The notes under the pieces: model-generated
Seen by the model: the letters and a program-made list of their open reading frames with translations, nothing else
Databases searched by the model: none
What the model was told of the DNA's origin: nothing
Program-made: the position numbers and the translations under genes
From: Oscillospiraceae bacterium
GTDB lineage: Bacteria; Bacillota; Clostridia; Oscillospirales; Oscillospiraceae
Length of the DNA stretch: 64,000 nucleotides
Direction: 5' to 3'
Assembly: GCA_009781855.1 (NCBI GenBank)
Contig: WQUY01000002.1
Coordinates: 10,017-74,016, forward strand
Part shown: in pieces, positions 59,634 to 64,000 of the stretch
Layout of the letters: each line of letters opens with the position of its first letter
Numbering within the stretch: the stretch's first letter is position 1

Positions 59634-61337
59634 TTATTTATGAGACGCTAAACTGGGTTTGATATCGATCAGACGCAACTGTACACTGCTGCGACCGCGA
59701 AATTCGTTTATCTGTGGCTCAAATGCTGCGTCAACAAGAGAACCGACACTTACGCCCAAATCTTCTGATGGCATCGAGAAAAATATGCAATCAAGGCTGC
59801 TTCCGGACTTTTCAAGTCTGAGCCTTGTATGTTTTCCTGCACCTATGGATTGAGTGGAAGAAATCTCAGCGCCACTCATATACAAGCTGGGTGAAGGGTT
59901 TCCGTTACCGAATGGCTCAAGCATTTCAAGTGCCTGGATGTTCTGGACGGACAATAGCTCGGGTTTGGTTACTTCAAAATCCAATTTCAACTCAGGTGCA
60001 GGTATCGTATCAATGTTGTCGGAATAATATGCCGCCATACGTTTTTTGAAACTTTCGATTTTCCCATCGGAAATAGAAAGCCCCGCCGCCATTTCATGCC
60101 CTCCGAAATTATCCAGAATATCCGAGCATGAACGCAACGCATCGAAAATCGGAAAAGAACCAAAGCTCCGGCAGGAACCGCGCCCAACGCCCGAATCATC
60201 AATGCTGATGATTATCGTGGGCATGCGATACCGCTCAGCTATTTTGGCGGCGACTATCCCGGTGACCCCCTGATACCAATCCTTTTGAGCCAGTATAATT
60301 GGCCCCTCACACGGCGATTCGACCAACATGGCCATGGCCTCATCAAATATCTCGCTTTCTCTCAGTCTGCGTTCCAAATTCAGACGACACAACGCCTCTG
60401 CGAGTTCTTTAGCATCGCCAATATTGCCGGTAAGCAAAAGCTCCTTTGCCAGACTGGTTTGCCCCATTCTGCCTGCGGCATTGAGTCTTGGTGCAAGAGT
60501 ATACCCAACAGTCGTAGCCGTTATTTTCCCCGGTGCAATGCTGACTTCCTTAAGTAGCTGCAAAATGCCTGGGTGTGGGGATTCGTTTAAAACAAAGAGC
60601 CCACGGCGTATCAGCTCACGGTTTTCGCCGACAACCGGCATAACGTCTGCGATGGTGCCCACCGCAACAAGATCGCCATAAGCAGCGAAAAGCGTGTCAA
60701 TATCAGTGTCCTTTTCAAGTGCGCAAATCAACTTAAACGCAACGCCGACTCCTGCAAGCACCTTGTTTGGATAATTGCAATCGAGTCGCTTAGGATCAAC
60801 AACCGCATTGGCCTCCGGCAGCGCACCCATGCATTCGTGATGATCGGTGACCACAACGGACATGCCAAGGTTTCTGGCATGTTTTACTTCTTCAAGTGCG
60901 GTTATCCCACAATCAACTGTGATGATAAGGTCTATGCCCTTTGATTTTAACACATCAATTGCGGCGGTATTCAGCCCATATCCCTCTCCAAACCTGTTGG
61001 GAATATATATCTCATAGTCTGCACCCTGCGTATCCAACCAACGCGCCAAAACTACGCTTGATGTCAGCCCATCCACATCATAATCTCCATAAATGGCAAT
61101 GCGTTCGGAGCTTTCAACAGCTGCACGTATACATGCAACTGCATTTTTCATATCTTTCATGAGCAATGGGTCGTGTATTTCACTATGCCCATCTCCAAGC
61201 ATTTCTTGTACTTCCTCTATGTGCTTAGAACCACGTGAGGCAAGAAAAACGGATACCAGCGGATTGACGCCCTGACGATAGAAGTCTACTGCCGTATTTC
61301 TGTCAAAATCGCCGACTACCCAGTTTCGAAACCTCAT
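59634..61337 (-). CDS. recJ: Single-stranded-DNA-specific exonuclease RecJ
   Basis: ORF 61484 trimmed to ATG 61337 (MRFRNWVVGDF...) behind GGAAGGAAG; DHH motifs ...IAIYGDYDVDG...VVVTDHHE... Confidence 0.92.
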   Translation of the reverse strand: MRFRNWVVGDFDRNTAVDFYRQGVNPLVSVFLASRGSKHIEEVQEMLGDGHSEIHDPLLMKDMKNAVACIRAAVESSERIAIYGDYDVDGLTSSVVLARWLDTQGADYEIYIPNRFGEGYGLNTAAIDVLKSKGIDLIITVDCGITALEEVKHARNLGMSVVVTDHHECMGALPEANAVVDPKRLDCNYPNKVLAGVGVAFKLICALEKDTDIDTLFAAYGDLVAVGTIADVMPVVGENRELIRRGLFVLNESPHPGILQLLKEVSIAPGKITATTVGYTLAPRLNAAGRMGQTSLAKELLLTGNIGDAKELAEALCRLNLERRLRESEIFDEAMAMLVESPCEGPIILAQKDWYQGVTGIVAAKIAERYRMPTIIISIDDSGVGRGSCRSFGSFPIFDALRSCSDILDNFGGHEMAAGLSISDGKIESFKKRMAAYYSDNIDTIPAPELKLDFEVTKPELLSVQNIQALEMLEPFGNGNPSPSLYMSGAEISSTQSIGAGKHTRLRLEKSGSSLDCIFFSMPSEDLGVSVGSLVDAAFEPQINEFRGRSSVQLRLIDIKPSLASHK

Positions 61338-61487
61338 TCCACAAACCACTTCCTTCCGCAGTGCAATACTACAATGTAACAGTATATCAAAACGAAAATG
61401 CCTTAACAATATATAAACGGAAAAGTTTACGCCTTGCTGCGAAAAATTCCCGTTTATAGTTGCTTCAGATATGTTGATTATCACTAA

Positions 61488-61516
61488 AGCTGGCGGGCGT
61501 TCGACTCCTGCCAGCT
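61488..61516 (-). repeat. T-loop-like short hairpin, short variant S4
   Basis: AGCTGGC-GGGCGTTCGACTCCT-GCCAGCT: perfect 7-bp stem, loop contains GTTCGACTCC. Overlaps the stop codon of the cyclase gene. Confidence 0.65.
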
Positions 61517-62159
61517 AATCGGTGATGGCATATGCCCGAACGGGGCTGCCATCGCCATTTTCGAACTTGAGCGGAACAGCGCTGAAATAAAAACGCTTGC
61601 CGATGAGCGGTTTGAGGTTTATGAGAGACTCAATGATACCCAAATCGCGACCCAGTAAATCACGATGGATAGAGCCTCCTAAGTCAATTGACGGCAAATC
61701 AAACCCGATGCCGTTAGCGCCGAGCTTTGTCAGAAGCGCACCGGTTTGGGGGTGAAATTCCGGATAATTGAAATATTCCTTGGTGCCGACCTTATCCTCC
61801 CAACCAGTATGGAATATGATGATATCGCCGGGTTTTATGGAATCTTTATTTTTTTCAAGTACTTCGGAAAAATCCAAGACCTTATCAGGCGTGACATCCG
61901 GAACATCAAAGCACACCGCCTGGCCGCAATACTTTGCCAAATCAACCTGTGCTGTGCTTTTTCCATCTTTGATAAAATGCAGCGGAGCATCAACATGCGT
62001 GCCCATGTGTGAACTCATAGAAACGACAGATGCCTGCACTTGATGCTCGTCGTGATTTACGGAATGAGACCATGTCATAAAAGGGTCGTTTGCAGGCAGA
62101 AATGGCAGCGTTTTTTCGTTTAATGTGATCGTTAAATCATGTATCATATTTCTTACCAC
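61515..62159 (-). CDS. Cyclase family protein (kynurenine formamidase-like)
   Basis: 214 aa (GTG 62159; alternative ATG 62147); metal motif SSHMGTHVDAPLHF. Confidence 0.85.
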   Translation of the reverse strand: MVRNMIHDLTITLNEKTLPFLPANDPFMTWSHSVNHDEHQVQASVVSMSSHMGTHVDAPLHFIKDGKSTAQVDLAKYCGQAVCFDVPDVTPDKVLDFSEVLEKNKDSIKPGDIIIFHTGWEDKVGTKEYFNYPEFHPQTGALLTKLGANGIGFDLPSIDLGGSIHRDLLGRDLGIIESLINLKPLIGKRFYFSAVPLKFENGDGSPVRAYAITD

Positions 62160-62176
62160 CTAAAATTATTTTTTAA

Positions 62177-62211
62177 GCCGAAGTCAGGCGATGGGACTTA
62201 CTCTCGTCAGC
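62177..62211 (-). repeat. T-loop-like short hairpin motif, copy S3
   Basis: GCCGAAGTCAGGCGATGGGACTTACTCTCGTCAGC. Overlaps the stop of the thioredoxin-fold gene; on the minus strand it is followed by TTAAAAAATAATTTT. Confidence 0.65.
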
Positions 62212-62467
62212 TTATAGCGGTGTCAAACACACCCTTTATGATCTCTAAACTTGGAACGCCGCTATACAGCAGCGTATCTTCGACAAAATATGCCGGGACA
62301 AGGTCGTAGTCATAGTTGTCAGAAATGTCCGGCTGCTGAATTTCGTCAATGGTTTCAATTTCTAGTGCCCTGTACTCAGGGCTTTTGGCAAACAGCTCGT
62401 CCATCATATGGAAAGCCTGTTTGCAATATGGTCATGTTGCAATAATAAACATCCTGATTTTTTTCAA
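62207..62467 (-). CDS. Thioredoxin-fold (glutaredoxin-like) protein with in-frame TGA at the first redox position: candidate selenoprotein (UPYC) or nonsense pseudogene
   Basis: The ORF track lists only 62207..62407. The same frame continues upstream: TTG 62467 (GGGAGG 8 nt upstream) or ATG 62452 gives MKKIRMFIIAT-TGA(62432..62434)-PYCKQAFHMMDELF...LVPAYFV...SGVPSLEIIKGVF. A hairpin GCAAACAG...CTGTTTGC starts 7 nt after the TGA. Confidence 0.55.
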
Positions 62468-62578
62468 ACAAAACACCTCCCGCTAGCTTGATTTGTTACA
62501 CCAGTATACCACGAACATTTGCGCATAGCAAAACTTATGGTAAAATGTACGTAGGCTAAACTGGAAGGGTGACATTGT

Positions 62579-63943
62579 GTGAAAATTATACTACCGGACG
62601 ATGCGTTATATATCATAAGCACCCTTGAAAACAACGGTTATGAAACCGTTGTTGTTGGGGGAAGTGTTCGCGATGCACTTTTGGGCAAAGTCCCGAATGA
62701 CTGGGACATAGCCACCGCAGCAACCCCTGAGCAAAGCATCTCATGCTTCTCTGGGCAACGCATAATCGAAACGGGTCTGAAACATGGAACAATAACACTG
62801 TTGCTCAATAATAAACCATACGAAATCACCACATTTCGGACGGATGGAATTTACAAAGACAACAGGCGCCCGGAAACAGTACAGTTTACAGGTGACTTGA
62901 AAAGCGATTTGGCTCGCAGGGATTTCACAATCAATGCGCTTGCATACACACCGCAAAAAGGAATTATTGATTTTTTTGGCGGCATAGATGATATAAACAA
63001 TCGGAAAATCCGCTGTGTTGGCAATGCAGCGAAGCGATTTGAAGAAGATGCTTTGAGAATAATGCGGGCTATGAGATTTTCGGCAACACTGGAGTTTGGC
63101 ATTGAATCTGCTACAAAAGAGGCGCTGAAAAAGTCAGGGCATTTGCTTAATAATATTGCAAAAGAACGCATAAGCGACGAATTAAATAAACTGCTGTGCG
63201 GTAGAAACGTAGGAGCGACGCTGCTTGAATATTCGGAGATTATCGGGATAATTATTCCGGAAATAATCGATATGATAGGGTTTGAACAAAACACCAAATA
63301 CCATGATTTGGATGTATGGAACCACACGGTAAAAAGCGTTGGAAAAACGCCTTCCGAAATAGTTCTGCGGTTGACATTGCTTTTGCATGACATAGCCAAG
63401 CCGAGCTGTTATACATATTCGGAGGGGAAAGGGCACTTCCACGGTCATCAGGCAACGGGAGCAGAAATGGCCAAAAGGATACTGTCCCGACTTAAATATG
63501 ATAACGATACGATTCAAACAGTTACAACACTGATTTTATTCCATGATGCCGAGATTGTTCCGGAAAACAAAGCAATAAAACGATGGCTGAACAGACTGGG
63601 TGAACCGAAACTTCGTCTATTGCTGGAAGTCAAGAAAGCAGATGCAAAAGCCCAAGCTGAAAAATTCCGTCACCCAAGAATAGAAATGCTGGATGAAGCA
63701 AAAAATGTAATGGACAAAATCGTTTTGCAGCAGCAATGTTTTGCGATAAAAGATTTGGCGATCGGCGGTAACGACCTGCTTGCACTGGGTGTGCCGCCCG
63801 GAATACAAATAGGCGAAATGCTCAGTAGCTTGCTGGATATGGTGGTTGACGAGAAAATCGAAAACGACAAAGCGCAATTGCTGGAAAAAGCGCAGGAGCT
63901 GAGTGGACATCCACCGGAGACATACCTCGGGAATATGCCTTGA
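62579..63943 (+). CDS. cca: CCA-adding tRNA nucleotidyltransferase (with HD domain)
   Basis: 454 aa, GTG start; GGSVRDALLGKVPNDWDIAT; ...LLLHDIAKP... Confidence 0.9.
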   Translation: MKIILPDDALYIISTLENNGYETVVVGGSVRDALLGKVPNDWDIATAATPEQSISCFSGQRIIETGLKHGTITLLLNNKPYEITTFRTDGIYKDNRRPETVQFTGDLKSDLARRDFTINALAYTPQKGIIDFFGGIDDINNRKIRCVGNAAKRFEEDALRIMRAMRFSATLEFGIESATKEALKKSGHLLNNIAKERISDELNKLLCGRNVGATLLEYSEIIGIIIPEIIDMIGFEQNTKYHDLDVWNHTVKSVGKTPSEIVLRLTLLLHDIAKPSCYTYSEGKGHFHGHQATGAEMAKRILSRLKYDNDTIQTVTTLILFHDAEIVPENKAIKRWLNRLGEPKLRLLLEVKKADAKAQAEKFRHPRIEMLDEAKNVMDKIVLQQQCFAIKDLAIGGNDLLALGVPPGIQIGEMLSSLLDMVVDEKIENDKAQLLEKAQELSGHPPETYLGNMP

Positions 63944-64000
63944 CAAGGCAAACGCAAACCCATATGATACAAATACATTAAAATGCAAAAAGGTATTTGA

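Noticed and set aside
61488-61516. GGGCGTTCGACTCCTGCCAGC looks like a tRNA T-arm plus acceptor 3' strand
   Set aside because: No D or anticodon arms are present upstream, and the would-be T-stem strands are not complementary. It folds as a single 7-bp hairpin and overlaps a protein stop codon.
62432-62434. Genome-wide UGA reassignment as the explanation for the in-frame TGA
   Set aside because: TGA clearly terminates several well-conserved genes in this window at their expected lengths (e.g. rpiB, map, pssA, and the thioredoxin-fold gene itself).

Overview
Chromosomal window from a Firmicutes/Clostridia-type genome; this is an inference from gene order, the KOW gene between map and infA, the Cys4 adenylate-kinase lid and the csaB/tagA cell-wall genes. 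Bases 1-15,070 carry the distal S10 operon plus complete spc and alpha ribosomal-protein operons (rplD to rplQ). These include rpmD and rpmJ, which are under 60 aa and absent from the ORF track. The rest is mostly housekeeping: cyclophilin lipoprotein, aldo/keto reductase, MATE and EamA transporters, pssA-psd, katG, csaB/DUF5693-like/tagA, U32 peptidase, mltG, tmk, rpiB, proS, htpG, mreB, comF-recD2-dtd, relA, recJ and cca. One clear accessory islet is an AT-rich Sau3AI-family (GATC, m5C) restriction-modification pair lying against the 3' end of tRNA-Ser(UGA). Several naive ORF starts are over-extended and were trimmed: katG, dtd, relA, recJ, tetR, rpsH, rpsD, rpsM, rplV and the EamA gene. Observations worth a second look: (1) a thioredoxin-fold gene with an in-frame TGA at the first Cys of its xPYC redox motif, a selenoprotein candidate the ORF track truncates; (2) three families of intergenic structured repeats, namely a ~100-nt long hairpin with compensatory substitutions and strand-specific G.U pairs, a 54-nt double hairpin, and a ~30-37-nt T-loop-like hairpin; (3) three tandem ~105-bp repeats seeded on the 3' end of rpsZ inside the spc operon; (4) a ~109-aa RGG/GGYN tail on S3 and a Cys4 motif in L24; (5) a GATC site inside the -35 hexamer of the methyltransferase promoter; (6) an uncharacterised pair of a B12-binding-like 554-aa protein and an opine-dehydrogenase-family protein. 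No CRISPR array, rRNA, transposase or integrase was seen. I found no convincing multi-gene novel system beyond these items.
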